Origin: Iphione sp. A-MEVVRFRX5 | Taxonomy: Eukaryota | DNA: 64,000 bases | Assembly: GCA_976226885.1 (NCBI GenBank) | Contig: OZ320313.1 | Coordinates: 38,998,001-39,062,000, forward strand | Reading direction: 5' to 3' | Shown here: piece by piece, positions 47,990 through 61,499 of the stretch | Layout of the letters: the number at the start of each line of letters is the position of its first letter | How positions within the stretch are numbered: position 1 is the first letter of the stretch | Position numbers and translations under genes: made by a program | Notes under the pieces: model-generated | What the model saw: the letters and a program-made list of their open reading frames with translations, nothing else | The model's database searches: none | Told to the model about the DNA's origin: nothing

Positions 47990-48700
47990 TTTTTTACAGC
48001 ATGCCTATCATGTGCGATACCTTTGTCACCTGCATTGCTAGATGCTGGTTGAAGTTTAGCTTGTCATCTGGAATTAAACCTAAATATCGGTATGACTTCA
48101 CAGCTTCATGTGTTGTGTCATTGTAATGAATTTTCAGGTCGGATACCATGCCCAACTCTCTATGCCTATTACACATAGCTTTTGAACAACTACCTCATGG
48201 CACACTGTATTAAATGCTTTTTGGAAGTCTAGAAATATAGCTCCTGGCACTCTACCTCTGTTTATACTAGACCATACGTTATCTGTCAGTGAATCTGCAG
48301 CTCTCACTGTCCCACACCCTTTGCTGAATCCAAATTGTTTATCGCTGAGAATCCCATTATCCTCTAGGTATGAGATCAGCTGTTAGCATATTGCTCTTTC
48401 AATTACTTTTGACATCACAGGCAGCAGACTCACTGGTCGAATGTTGGTTACTAATCTCTTGTCCTTACCTTTCAATATTTGTGTCACTGTGGCTGCTTTT
48501 AAGTCATCTGGAAAGGTGTTAGTTCTAATAGAGTAGTTGACAAGGTCTATTACTCTTGATATGTTAATTAGCATGGCATCTTTCCAGATTTTAGTCCTGA
48601 GTGACAGCAGCCCCGAGGGCTTGTCATCCTTAAGATCTGATATAAATTTGCTTACTTTATCATTTGTCAAACTCTCTCAGAGAGAATTGAGTGTTCTGGG
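47990..48700 (-). mobile_element. degenerate, internally deleted CR1/L2-type LINE RT fragment
   Basis: FPDDLKAATVTQILK...NIRPVSLLPVMSKVIE, KQFGF, FLDFQKAFNTVCH, then directly YRYLGLIPDDKLNF. The QGS and YADD motifs are missing. Confidence 0.8.
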
Positions 48701-51299
48701 GTGGGAAGAGTTCCTGTGGCAGGCTTGTATGGTTTGTAAAATTTGTTCACATGATCTAGCAATAGTTAATCAGCAATGGCATGACCTTCTTCTACCAGTG
48801 TGATTGGCTCGTTGCTCTGACCAATAAGAAAGGTTTTCTACTTCTTTTGTTTTTTCCTAGAAATAAAGCCACTATTATTCATACGGCTTTGCCATTGTCT
48901 ATGTCCAAATTTATTTTACTGTCAGGTACTACCAAGACTCTCTCGTGTGACACCCACATCTGAGTTCACCCACCCACTCATATGCCCATAGTCAGCATTA
49001 TATTTCCATGTTTATGTGTTTTCTTGACTGTGATGACATGCTGACAGTATTTTTTTTCATCAGGAGGCAATTTCCCTACATTTGTGCATATTGTATACCA
49101 TGTAGCATGCCCACATTTTAGCGTATTTTCAGATTGGAAAGATCTGTATCTTCATGGCCGGGAACTATGGGGTGATACAATGGTCCACTTTGGTTCCATT
49201 ACTATTCATGGTGAACATGCAGACTCGTGACTGCATTTTACAGCCATGGAAACATGCTGCACATGCACATTGACATTAAGCCTTACAATTCATCAAAAAT
49301 CACACTTCACGTGCACTGAGGTTCTCTAGAGTTTGCAGCCACTTATTGTATGGTGTTTAGTGTGTGTATGGGTGTTTGGTGCACATTTCTGTAAATGCAT
49401 GATGAAATCAGTGAACGATGGAATACTTTAGACAAATCTCTGCGAAGATCTGAAGTTGGTGGGTAAATATATCGAAGAGCTAGTCTTCGATTTAATTTTT
49501 CAGAAATCGACGGGCAAATGTGGGATTTGTGATATGCTGATAAAAATGATGTACTTTTTTTTTGTTAACAGTGAAATTATCATATTTACCTTTTCTAATC
49601 AACCAGCTACGTTGGATGCTAATTGGGAAAATCGATTGTCTTGATACATTTGTGAAAAACATATCAACACACCCACCTATCTATCTATACCCCTTCCCAC
49701 CCATAGACATATGCACATGTACCACAAACCTCCTCCTGAACACGTACAGACATTGCCAGAGAGCCGGTCAGTAAATTAAGGGCATGAACGACATCAAACA
49801 TAGCGTAAAAATTAGTAAACGTCTTACCTATGTTTCTTGAGGAAGGAAGAGGAATCCCGCAAAAAGGGCTTTAAATCAGCTGTCGGCGTCCCTGTTATCC
49901 TTCAGGAACTGTTTGTAGCAGGCTGACAGGCAGACGACGAGGAAATCAGTGTATTTGGTACAAAGGACTTTGGGTTTTGCAGCAAACAAATCCGGTGGGG
50001 CTCCCAACGTGGACATCATTTTTGTCCTCATGTGGTATCTATTTGTAAAAACCAGCCGACGAAAAAATTCATAATTTCAAAAGAGGCCAAGAAGTTATAT
50101 AATTTTTAGACAGCGTTAATAGGTCTTTAATGATGAAAAGGGATTTGGAAACATATATTAAAATAAATAAAGTTACAGTTTTTATCCAACATTTTGAAAA
50201 TGCTTCAGTTGGTTAGGCGAAAAAAGGTCTATAACCTCATCTGGTGATATTGTTTCATTGCACTGTAAATCTTTCATGCCATCGAACTGCTCTGATGAAT
50301 CTCTAAGAACCAGAAAAACGTGCCGAGGGAGAAAGTATGCATACGGAAAAGGAAACTATTATATTTAGGTGTCGATTCAAATTAAGCTTCCATCAAAGGG
50401 ACTATTAATTACGCTAATTAATACTTGTATGTTACATACACATGTACTTAGTTGAATCTGATATACCGCCCCATCTTCCTGTTATGTATTATAGCACTGT
50501 TTCATCCTGAATATACAGCCATTTGGTTGGCGCGTAATCAAACCCTGTTCGCGTGTAGTGAAATGATTTGGAATTAGAGGCCGGTTGACTTGGCATAATT
50601 AGGCCAAGCAATAATCTGGCTAGAATATGCGCCCACATCAGAATAAATGTTTGTATGTAACACAACCTCGGACTTAGTTTATATGCATAACTAGCTTTCC
50701 TGTGATTTATACTTGACAAATATTGGTTGATTGTTAAATATGGTAGCTTGCATCAATTAGAGGTTTTCCTGTATGTCGGCTGTTCCTGATAACGAATGAG
50801 ATAAACCACGTAGTGGATATTACAATCATTGCTCAGGTGGGCGTAACGCTGGCAACTGATAACACCTAGATTTGGCCATAGGCGCTTTTTCATTCATTAG
50901 GTAATACAGCCTGACTCCCTTGTGATTTAGGCTGCATTTCCTTGTACCTGTGTCTCGGTGTAGTGTGTCACCATGTTTTCGCCATGTTTTTGGGAGGAAT
51001 ACATGGTAGGAGTAGTGGTGTATCCGTGTACACATAGTAGTGTGTATTGTGCCTCCATGTGCGATTTTTTTGGAATAGAAAATGTGTGCTCTGTGCTCCC
51101 CTGTTGTTGGTTTTTTTGGAGACGAACAGATGTGAATATGACCAATACACTACACAAATAAGGTTTCCGTAGTTTGGGAGATTAGCAAGACATGAATTTT
51201 TCCTGATACTTCTACTGAGCTAAATCCCTATACACAGATAAACTGGTACATGGAAATCAAGCCTTAGCTGAGAATGCATAGAATGACTGACATTGCAAG

Positions 51300-51326
51300 T
51301 ACAGTGGAACCTCTGTTAAAGGACAT
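51300..51326 (+). mobile_element. isolated Tigger/pogo-like TIR end (TACAGTGGAACCTCTGTTAAAGGAC)
   Basis: Matches the TA|CAGTGGAACCTC end pattern. A related GGAACCTCTGTTAA occurs near 54198. No opposite end was found. Confidence 0.4.
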
Positions 51327-54300
51327 CTTAGGACAAAGTATTGTATTTTGCAGAGATGATTTGCTGTACACCCTGCGGAACATTTCCCCTATTACATTGT
51401 ATATTTCAGGATAAGTAATTTACCAAGTAAGGTGTCAATACTTTGTTTGCAGCCACCCCCGACAGCCCTAGAACGACATAGCGTGGACCGACATTATTAA
51501 ATTCACGATCGATGACAGTGGGAGTGACGTAGAGAAATATCACATGTATATTTATATGTTTAAACTAATTCCCACCCCCGAGGAAGACATTTTAACAGGT
51601 TCGAAAGGCTGAGACATTAAAGCTGACTGACAATCAGCCCGCTGTGTTGTGTTAGTGTGGTTTCTATCTTTTTCTTTTCTTTCTTCTGGCGTCATGCAGG
51701 TCATTACGTCGGTCCTAAAATAAAGAGCTACCCCCAGTTATCTATCAATACCTGCAGGCATTGCACAGATTGGTGTCCACCTTTATGCGTATTGTTATGT
51801 CTCGATATAATGGCAGTAATTATCACTACCTATATCGACTATTATCTCTACCATTTTACAATGGAAATGCGAAATTCGGTGGTGTCTATAAAAAAAGGTA
51901 CTACGGACAGCAGAGGGACTGTCGCTGGATTTGGGCGGTACTGACAATTCCCAACCGCTCGCAATCAAATTCACACCATAAGCTTCAAGGCAAAAACAAA
52001 GAAAATCAGACCAGCAGCTACAGACACGTCTGTGTAAATGATATCAAATGTATATTTATATATTCCTCTCTGTGTGTCTCCTTCTGTCCTTGTCAGTTTG
52101 TTTGTATGTTGTCTGTCTGTCTCTTTGTCTCTGTCTCTCTGTCTTTCTCTCTATCTTTCGATGGTGCTGTCCTGAATTCTGGTTTGGTACTGGTATTGAC
52201 CAGTCTGTCCTCCTGCTTGTATGTCATATTTTTGTAGGCTTTGGGTTAGTGCAATCTCCATGTACGTAGGTACGGACCGGACTTCCCCGCCACCTGACAC
52301 ATTTGCTGTCAGTTTTTGCTGTTTTTCAGCTAAATTCGCCTTAAATTTGCCATTTTCTAACCGATTTGCCCAAGTGTTTGCCATTTTTCTGCCGATTTGC
52401 CCTAGTTTTTGCTGCTTTTCAGCCGAATTTGCCTCAATTTTGTCATTTGTTGGCCAGTTTTACCTTTTTCCACTGTTTTCTGGACGAGTTTGCCTGATAT
52501 TTGCCTTCTTTCAGGTCTATTTACCTGGTTTGGGGCTTATTCCAGGCCTGAAGGAAGCGGCAGGTTCTGGGCAGACTGGACAACAAGCGATCAGCCCACA
52601 TGGACAAGGTGGCAGGTACGGAAGGTTCACATACACTGGGACAATTCTATCTTTTTACCCTGGGGCAGACCTTCCAATGTCCATGCACAGAGTGGTGGGT
52701 CCAGAAGACTCACGTACAGGGAGATAGTGCTTGAGGCTATGTACCAATCATTCCATGTTTCATGCCGGTCCATGTAGATGTTTATGCAGAGGTTAGGGGG
52801 AAACAGGGACAGATGTACACGCACGTAACTCTGATTTCACGTCTGTGTTTACAATGCTCTGTATGTGTCAGCGTATATCTGCTCATATAACTGATAATAT
52901 ACAACAAGAGAATAACTCATGCAACTAAGCACATATGGCATTAAGAGCCACACAATAGGATAAGTAACTCAAAAACGTACAGGACAGCAAATAATTCATG
53001 AAATGTGTGGAAACGTGCAGTTTTTATTCAAACAAGTGCCAAAAAATAACCTCCCTGTTTTAACCTACATCTGTATGAGATCTAATCACCATGGGCAGAT
53101 CTACTTTCAGGCAATATTTTATTTATGTGGTGTAATGATATTAAATTAAGTACACTTTAAACATATTTTATATACTTCTAGTCTGGGCACATACAGTGTA
53201 AAGAAATAGGGCATGGCCCAATCTGAAATATAAATCCACTTTTTCATATTGCAAATGGACATATGGCGAAACTGCAGTAGTTAACAACAGATGCTGAAAA
53301 ATATCAAAACACGGATCCAAACACTGATATGAAAACACATGCACATGTACATAGAGATTAGGCCTTCATGATTCCTAGTCCAAATGTTTCAGACCTCTAG
53401 TTTACCCTTCTTTTAGTCTTTCATTTAGGTAAAATCTTAATTTATATGTATATATATCTGTATACGTGCTGACGTGTATCTGTCCTTGAGCGCGTGTGAA
53501 TTATGTGTAACCATTTATATCAACGTCTGTTCGTGTGTTTGCAATTAATTTGATGTCCTATGTAAGTGTGCATGGATCTGGTTGTGTGAGCGAAAGTATA
53601 TTCTAGCCGGTCTTTTACAAGACACTCCCTTGTTTGTTTGCCTGCATGGTTGAAAATGCATATTCATACACATGCATGTCCATTTTTTGGTACATATGTG
53701 CGCATGTCTATTCCTGTGTACTTGCGGTAGGCGGGGGGGCATTGTCATCCGATGCGTGAAGCACAAGACAAAAACGCTCATTACGGTTTGCGTGAGGGAA
53801 TTGGAGTAGGATGTAAGGCCATTCGTTCTACCTTATTCTAGGCCGAAAGGAGGAGACAGCCTATATGTGGGGACAAGATTAGCAGTAAACTGGAGTTGTC
53901 ATCGAAGGAGAAGTAACAGGAGAAGTAAGCAGGTAGGTTGTAGTCTATAAACTTACAGTTGCAGACTGACTTTTGTAAATACATGTAGCTTGATGACTAG
54001 ATTATCAATCGGTTGACTTTCAGCGCAGGTCATATCAGTTTATGCAGAAAATTCACAATTCAAATCTGGCTTGTAGAATAAAAGGTCCTGCTGACATGGC
54101 TTTTTCTTGGGGAATAATATTCATCATGTTAGACTCATGTTGATCTTTTGCTACCAGAAGTCTCAATATGCAGGTACAACATATCTGCATAAGCATTGGA
54201 ACCTCTGTTAATGGATAACAGAACATAACGGATAAACCTTACTGCTGACAGCAATTACAGCATCGATTTTTAGTCCCTGACTACAACATTTTCGGCTACT

Positions 54301-55163
54301 TTGGATATCCTATACTGTAGTCACAGTGGTTGTAGTTCCTGCTATGTATGCAGTAGCGAGGTTCCACTGTATGTATACATGTATTATAGGTATGCTGGAT
54401 TTTCCCGAATCATTATAATCAAAGTGCTTCCAAGCACAAATAAGAATGGAATCACCTTTGTTCCATCCACGAGGGATATTTTGAGAAATTGATAGATAAT
54501 CGATCTTATCGAAAGTCTCCATCTACTCTTTTCACTCTTTTTTTCTTTCTTTCCCTCTGGTCGCAATGCTTTCTCCTTGAATTTACCTCTTTCCCACCGT
54601 TCTTCTTACTGTCGTAACGCCTTGTCCCACTGTAAACACTGGTCTCTCCATTGTCTCTCTTTTTCCACTGACCTCATCTCTTTCCCGAGTGTCCCAACCC
54701 TTTTCTATTCCTTCCACCACTTTCCTTGCTGTGTCCATCCCTTCTGTACTGTTTCCACTGCTCCTCCTATTGTTCCCATCCCTTCCCCACTGTCCTCACC
54801 TCTATCTGTATTGTGCCCATCCTTTCCTACTCCCATCTCCAGCACCTTCATTAAGTTTAATTTCCATGTGGATGCATAATTTTCAAGAACATTTATAGAA
54901 CATTATGGTTTGGTAAGGTTAAAAACATTCATACAGTATTGTACAGTAAATCATAAAGTTCAGGTAACTTTAGAATTAAACATTCAAGTAATGTGGTTAA
55001 GTCTGGAAATGTATAGAAGTTAAATCACAACATTCAGGCAATGTTAGAAAGAAATGTTCCTATAACATTATTGTTTGGTAAGTAAAGTTTCTAGAATCTT
55101 GTTGCTTGGTCACATTGGACAATGAAGATAAGGAATTTTTTAACATGATGCATTAACAAATTA

Positions 55164-55226
55164 AGATGGCTCACCAGATTATTTGTTAGACTTTGAATCA
55201 GAAAAAGTGGGTTCATATCCCACAGT
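55164..55226 (+). pseudogene. degenerate tRNA-derived sequence (tRNA-Gln(TTG)-like pseudogene or SINE head)
   Basis: A-box-like TGGCTCACCAG, GACTTTGAATC anticodon loop and perfect T-arm GTGGG-TTCATAT-CCCAC. The D and acceptor stems do not fold. Confidence 0.4.
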
Positions 55227-57961
55227 TAAAAGTTAGATCTCTATAAAAAAATAGACTACTGTAATTAAAGAGGAATTCCAAATTTTGAAGTATTTTGTAA
55301 AAAATCATTGTTTCACTGCAGTGTTCCATAAACCTAAAAATTCATATAAAATTCTTATAAATGTTATTTCACAACGTTCATCAAACGAAACTGCAATGTT
55401 TATAAGATGTTTTTACCAACATATATGCCTATTCCTGGCCTATCTATGTATCTCCAGTGGCCGCACTACCTCCTTTACTGTCCTCTACCCTTTCTGTAGT
55501 TCCCCTGCTATATCTTCAATCCGACTATACTATATCTTTCGTCTATCAACTTGTGTTTTCTAGTAAATGGCCCAAAAGCTGTCCGCTCTTTCTGTGATTT
55601 TGTAACTGCTTCACTCCCACATTTGTGATATAAGGATAAGGAAACTTGTATGAGTGCACCTCAAACCCACGTCGGCTGGGGGACTAGGTCTACCCTGCAA
55701 GTATGGGAAAGGTGCATAAGTCGGTATACCTGGTAGGGGGGCTTAAACTCACATCATCAGCAGGATTTGTTCTCCCTGTACATTGCCTACATATAAGTGT
55801 CCGCGTTCTAACCCACCAGGCCGCAGAGGCTGAACTTTGGTTAGATGATACATGCTGCATTTATAGAACTACAGCCTTTTGACTCTCTCCCTTTCTCTCC
55901 CACTCTCCCCCCCCCCCTTTCTGTGTATGTGTAGAATATTCCGTATTTTGCAGCGCCATCTATAATATATATCTATATATCTGATGGCACGGTTCACCTG
56001 TGATATAAACTATTACATCAGCCATCTGCCAAATTAGACCAAGCAATGTAAATGGGCATTCATCTATTCAATTTGCACGAGTGGAAAACGAAAAAAAGTC
56101 TTTGGCAAACAGTCCAGGATCTGATCCACATTATGAACTGCGTATATTCGCTAACTGCTTTTTCAGCTGTCAACTGTGTAAAGTTAATACATAAATAAAG
56201 CATAATCGTTTATGCCTTCTCATTGCAAGAGGGAAGTGTGGGGTATAGGCCTACTTCCATGGGCGAAAATTTAAAAGACAGCAGCACACACGACTTATTT
56301 GCCGAGGGATTGAATATATAATAGCTGTCTGAATCACATTCTGATTAATAGGCCGGATTTTCTCCTAAATTGATCTTTATATCCCGAGTCCTGGCATCAG
56401 TGAAAATATGGGCAGATCGGGCAATAAGCAAGAAAACGTTCACACACGAAATGCGCACATCTGCTATTAATTTTGCCTGTTGTTTTTATGTTTTCTTCTC
56501 TTCACTGTTGAGTGCAGTCACTTCGAGGGTGTGGTACACGGGTCTGATGATGTAACTAGATGTGTCATTTTATCTTACGTTGAATTGAATGTTTTCCGAC
56601 ATCGTCATAGAATTAGGATAGAGACACGTTGAACGAGAAGCTACCAGAAATAAACTGGAATAGCAACGACAGCCTTTGAAAGGCTATTTCCATCTGTCCA
56701 ACGCATTCGTGACGAATGTTCTGATTGAAATGTTGCACATTTCATCACAAATATGGATATAATTATATACATAATGAAAATAACATTTCAACAAAAGACA
56801 AATGACACTGTCTACATCATATCTTTATGAAAACAAGGCAATTGATGCCCATGCTGAAAATGAAAACAATACTTGGACGTGTCAGACACTTTGGTTTAAA
56901 TCAGTTTTTCGAGTAGACGCCAAGACCGAAATGACTGAGCACAGGTATGACTAAAAGTAGACAGAAAACAAACAGTGGAAAGCCTCTGATTCGCACACCC
57001 ATGGTTGTTTCCCAAACTGTGCCCAATTAAGGCCGTTTTCCATGTACATGTTATCCCGCTTATGGAGACGTAAGGGCAATGTTCTACCGAGACAAACCTT
57101 TGAACAGATGTCTATTAATGTTCCAAAAGATCTCTCGTATGAGCGCATATCCGGAAAAGCTATCCATATTTGATGGTTTATCCCACTTAATGTATGCGTG
57201 AAGAAAATATATTGCAACAACCTTTCAGTCAGACCTGGACATCTGGAGGTCAATATGGTCTTGCAAATTGGTCCATTTCAGACAAAAAAACATATCTGAA
57301 AGCGTGAAAATGTGTGCATAGGAGAGAATGGCCTAAGGCATGTCATTTTAAGAAACTTGTCTAAATATATATAGGGGGCATAATCCTGTTTCAGATTTGT
57401 TCCTAAGATGGCTTTCTACTGCGTAACTGAACTAACATGAGACGGAACGAGAATCTAAGGACACTAGATGACTTGCTTTTCTCATCACCGCATGATTTGA
57501 ACCTGGAAAGCGTACCTAAATATTCCTTTCATAGACGACGAAAACCTTACCTCGAAGCACCGACTTGTATATTTAGGGAAATAGGAACGCCCTTCATTCA
57601 GGTCAATGATTGGCGCAACTTACAGTGTTTTCAGTGCGGAAGGAAAGAACACTACGGACCAAATTCATTTGGGAAATTTGCTATTTTAAAACTGGACCGA
57701 AGCCAGATATTACAGGACTCCAATTTCAATATGGTATAAGTCATCGCTATATAATTATAAATATTCTCGGAGCTATGATACGTTCTCTCCAAAGTCTACC
57801 ATTGGTGATGTTTCTGTTTTCTGGTACTGGCGATTTTAACGTAGCTGGATTTATTTAATCATTAGCGTTTAATCATCACGTTGTATATTTATTTTTGAAA
57901 TATTTACTTAGAGCATCATCGAAATTAATTCATTTTATTGCAGCTCTTCAAACCATTCACA

Positions 57962-58019
57962 ATGCCATGCCAGGATGCTTACAGAGTAGCACTGAAAGTT
58001 GTGACCATCCTTGTCTATG
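57962..58019 (+). CDS. candidate small secreted protein, first coding exon (signal-peptide-like MPCQDAYRVALKVVTILVY)
   Basis: Exon bounded by TTTTATTGCAG (57943) and TATG|GTAAGT, phase 1. Confidence 0.5.
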
Positions 58020-58755
58020 GTAAGTGTATCATGTTTAAATTTGCCGCCTAGCTGGTGTTTTCATAGACAGGCATTTCACTGGATATACCTTATAATGTAC
58101 ACTGCTTTTTCTTGATTAACAAATGCAGGATGGTACACAACGGGGGGGGGGGGCTTAACTATTCTGGTAAAGCATTATTGATGATTTTAATTCAGCGCGA
58201 AACATTATTTGGCCTTCCAAATAGGCGCCAAGCATTATGAAGCATTTACTGGTGAACGCTATCTAAAAAGCAATTCTTGGTAACGCATTCTTTCCTCCTT
58301 TTTTAAACGTTATGCATGTTTTTAATTCATGGTGATACGTTATTGGGTACCCCCTGACTCCCCCTGTAGGTACGGGACTTGAAAGTTGAATTAAGAATTC
58401 AGCTATGTGACCTATTGCTGAGCAGCCAAATGTCGTCCGCAACTAAGAAGTTTTCAGGGGTTCTGCTTATTAAATCCTTCTTTCAAGTTATAAAACATAG
58501 CCCCTCGGATCAATTTGCCATCTGTCAAACATACAAAAGCGTTTTAACCATGCCAGCAAATAACAGACAAGTGTATCTCCAAACCTGTCAGCGATCGGTC
58601 GGTTTGACCTTGGCACGTGCAACCTGGGCATGACGGGATAAATAACTATGAGGCATCGGCGTTACATGTTGGCAGGGGAAAGGAACAGATGATAAAGGTC
58701 GAAATGAATGATGTAAAATCAGAGCAACAACTGTTAACGTTTTATGTATGTCGCT

Positions 58756-58835
58756 ATAACGTGTTGGTCTCCTTTTTTTTGCTGTACAAAAAAGGATAAC
58801 GTGTTGGTCTCCTTTTTTGCTGGACAAAAAAGGAT
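58756..58835. repeat. 40-bp tandem duplication; each unit contains a CCTTTTTT..AAAAAAGG hairpin
   Basis: Direct observation. Confidence 0.9.
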
Positions 58836-59863
58836 TATTACCAATTATGCCTGTCATAATGCCGAGAACCGTAGTTGTAGGACTTGCCTTGAAAACACCT
58901 TTGTCTCTTTCCTCAGGCCTTTCAAGAATTACCTGATGCTACAGTAATCAGAATACTAGATGAGCATGAACGATGAGTTATTAGTTTGCCTTACCCAATC
59001 TCCATGAAAGTAACGAGACGAAGTATGAAATTTTGATGATCATTTCAATTTGAAATTTTGATAGCAAACCTTTAAATGATTTCTAGATAGAAATACAATT
59101 TAACCAGCTGTCAGTTATTTTGGTGCAATGTCTGGTATATATATATTGCAAAAATTGTTTAAATAAAAACGATGGTAACAATGAATTCCCAGGAAACGTA
59201 AATAACATTAAATATGCCTATAGGATGATGGGATAGGTCTAGGTAGGAAATTGGACTGATATTGTAATAACATTGAGACACAAGCAACTAGTATTTTATA
59301 TTTCCATATTGTTGGAGTACTGTTGAATTGTGGTTAAGTTAGAAATAACATGGTGGTGATTGAAAACATTACCAAAACAACATCGTGACACAGTGTTGTG
59401 GTAATATCAGACCATGTTACCACAACGTTGGATAATGAATCAATGTTGAATTACTTTGTTAAATCTAAATTACCACAATATTGTAGCTAGGGTATATTAC
59501 AGGGTGAATATGTTGAATTTTGTCAACAAGCTCCAACAAGGAGTCAGTATAGCTCAGTAGGTCAAGTGTTAGAATAAGTAACAGCACATGGGGGATTGTG
59601 CATCACTTACGAAAGATACAAGGTGCAGATAACTATGTCAATCTACGAAACTCTGTGTTCAGATAGAACCAGTTTAGATTTGGACATTGTATACGACGCG
59701 GAGGTATCCCTCGTATGTCATCGGTATCTATATGCAGAAGCTATGTGGCACACTGACTTCGAGCAGTTTTGTTTGTTCATACTTTCTGGTGTGTGGTAAA
59801 ATAAATAAAAATTCACTACATAGTGACGTAGCTTGGTGACATTGTAAACGTCTTCCCATCCAG

Positions 59864-60225
59864 TTCTGGACAGTTCTGCCCAATCATATGGCTATGGATA
59901 TGGCTACGGACAACGGCAGCCAACCATTCAGCCTGCACGTCAAACAACGGTCCAGACAAGATTGCCGACAACAACCTTGCGGGAACCGACGCCTTATAGC
60001 AGTAGTTGTCTTGCTACCTTTAAGCGCTATCCCCATAGACGCGAACCTTCCGCACCCGCCACCTTGTGCGTGGACACCGGGAGGTCCGATCAAAGCCAAA
60101 AAGATAAAACTATCCCCATGTATGCGAACTTCCCGGCCCCGCCACCTGCTGCGTGCGGGACGATCGGTGTTGGTCCGGGAATCCCGCACCCCGCCACCTC
60201 CACGCCACCCTTTGCGTGGACATAA
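59864..60225 (+). CDS. candidate small secreted protein, second coding exon (QSYGYGYGYGQ...)
   Basis: Acceptor GTCTTCCCATCCAG, phase 1 fits 58019. Gives VLDSSA|QSYGYGYGYGQRQPT..., open to TAA at 60225. Confidence 0.5.
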
Positions 60226-60372
60226 CTGTGTCAAATCGCTCTCGCGCGCGCGAGAGACGCCGAGATTGACCCACATCTTTCGGCTTTGTTTACTTTGTGC
60301 GGACGCTGGGGTGTCTGATCGCTCGATATTTCGTCAACTTTTACTCGTGTTTGGACACCGAAAGATCCAATC

Positions 60373-60571
60373 ATGGGCCGCAAGAAGCGAGCAACTGATC
60401 GTCCAAACCCTCTCACAACGTGCTCGGACGCTGAGGTGGATTTCTTCATCAAATGCGTGGAGAGAAGGCCGGTAATCTTTGACCCCTCTAGGTCCGATCA
60501 CAAGGACATATTGAAGGTTCGCCAGGCTTGGCAGTCCGTGGTGAACGAGATGGACGTGGAAGGTTTAGAAG
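60373..60571 (+). CDS. MADF (Myb/SANT-like) domain protein, first coding exon
   Basis: FFIKCVERRPVIFDPSRSDHKD..KVRQAWQSVVNEM matches the N-terminal half of MADF. Donor GAAG|GTACGT. Confidence 0.8.
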
Positions 60572-61499
60572 GTACGTTTTTTTGATCGGACATACCAATG
60601 TCCAAGCGAAAAGTCGACTTTGATTTCGTGATATAAAAATGTTGCCAAAGAATCTTTTATCATGTGAGCTGTGTGTGTTTGTGGTAGCAGTAGGATAGTA
60701 GCCATTATAGGTTACATACAGCAAAGAAACATTCATCTTTTGAAAATGAAAAGACAACTTGACCTATGCAAATGAGGTCATTAGTTCAGGTGTCACCACA
60801 CTGTGTTATATGTATGTGATTGATTTTTGATTTTTAATTGTCCCTGCATGTGACATTATCCCTGCACTGTTGTGGTAAGTAGAGTAGACATTTTTGTTAA
60901 GTGCACTGTGTGTTCTTTGCTCCTTTTAGATTGAATTTTGTGATTGCTGAATATTGTAATCATGTTATTAGTATGGTTAGACAGGAGGCCATCTTGTGTC
61001 CTTCTTGAGCAGCAAGGCAGCAAGTGGCATTTTTTGCAGAGAGGAGGAATTTTTTCCAATTGGATGAAAGTGAGTACACCATTGCTATTACATTTGTGTT
61101 ATATTATAACTTGTACACCTGTGGCATATGTTGGCTTATGTTTGAACTGGTTTTTGATAATTTCTGTCATGTATTTGAGGAAAATGAGATGCACACTTTC
61201 TAGAATCTTCCATGAGCTAGGTTGCATCCTTGTGATGGAGAGTAGACATGTGTCCCATGATGTTTGCAATAGATGTTTAGCCTGAACATTACATTGTATG
61301 ATATTGTTGTTGTAGATGATGTAGTACTGTTGCAAACTATCAATTACTTGTGTGCATAGCTGTAATTGCTAGAAGATACTAGCATGGTGTACTCCATGCA
61401 TCAGCATTATTAGTCTGCAGTGTGTAAGTAGTCAGTTAGTATTTGCCAATGTGTTTCAAGACATGTTATGTACTGGCAGGTGATGTACTAGGTTATGCA

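Noticed and set aside
52250-52530. F/C/L-rich ORFs
   Set aside because: They arise from a degenerate TTTTGC/AATTTGCC low-complexity repeat rather than a gene.
59545-59575. tRNA A-box-like TAGCTCAGTAGG
   Set aside because: No B box or cloverleaf follows.
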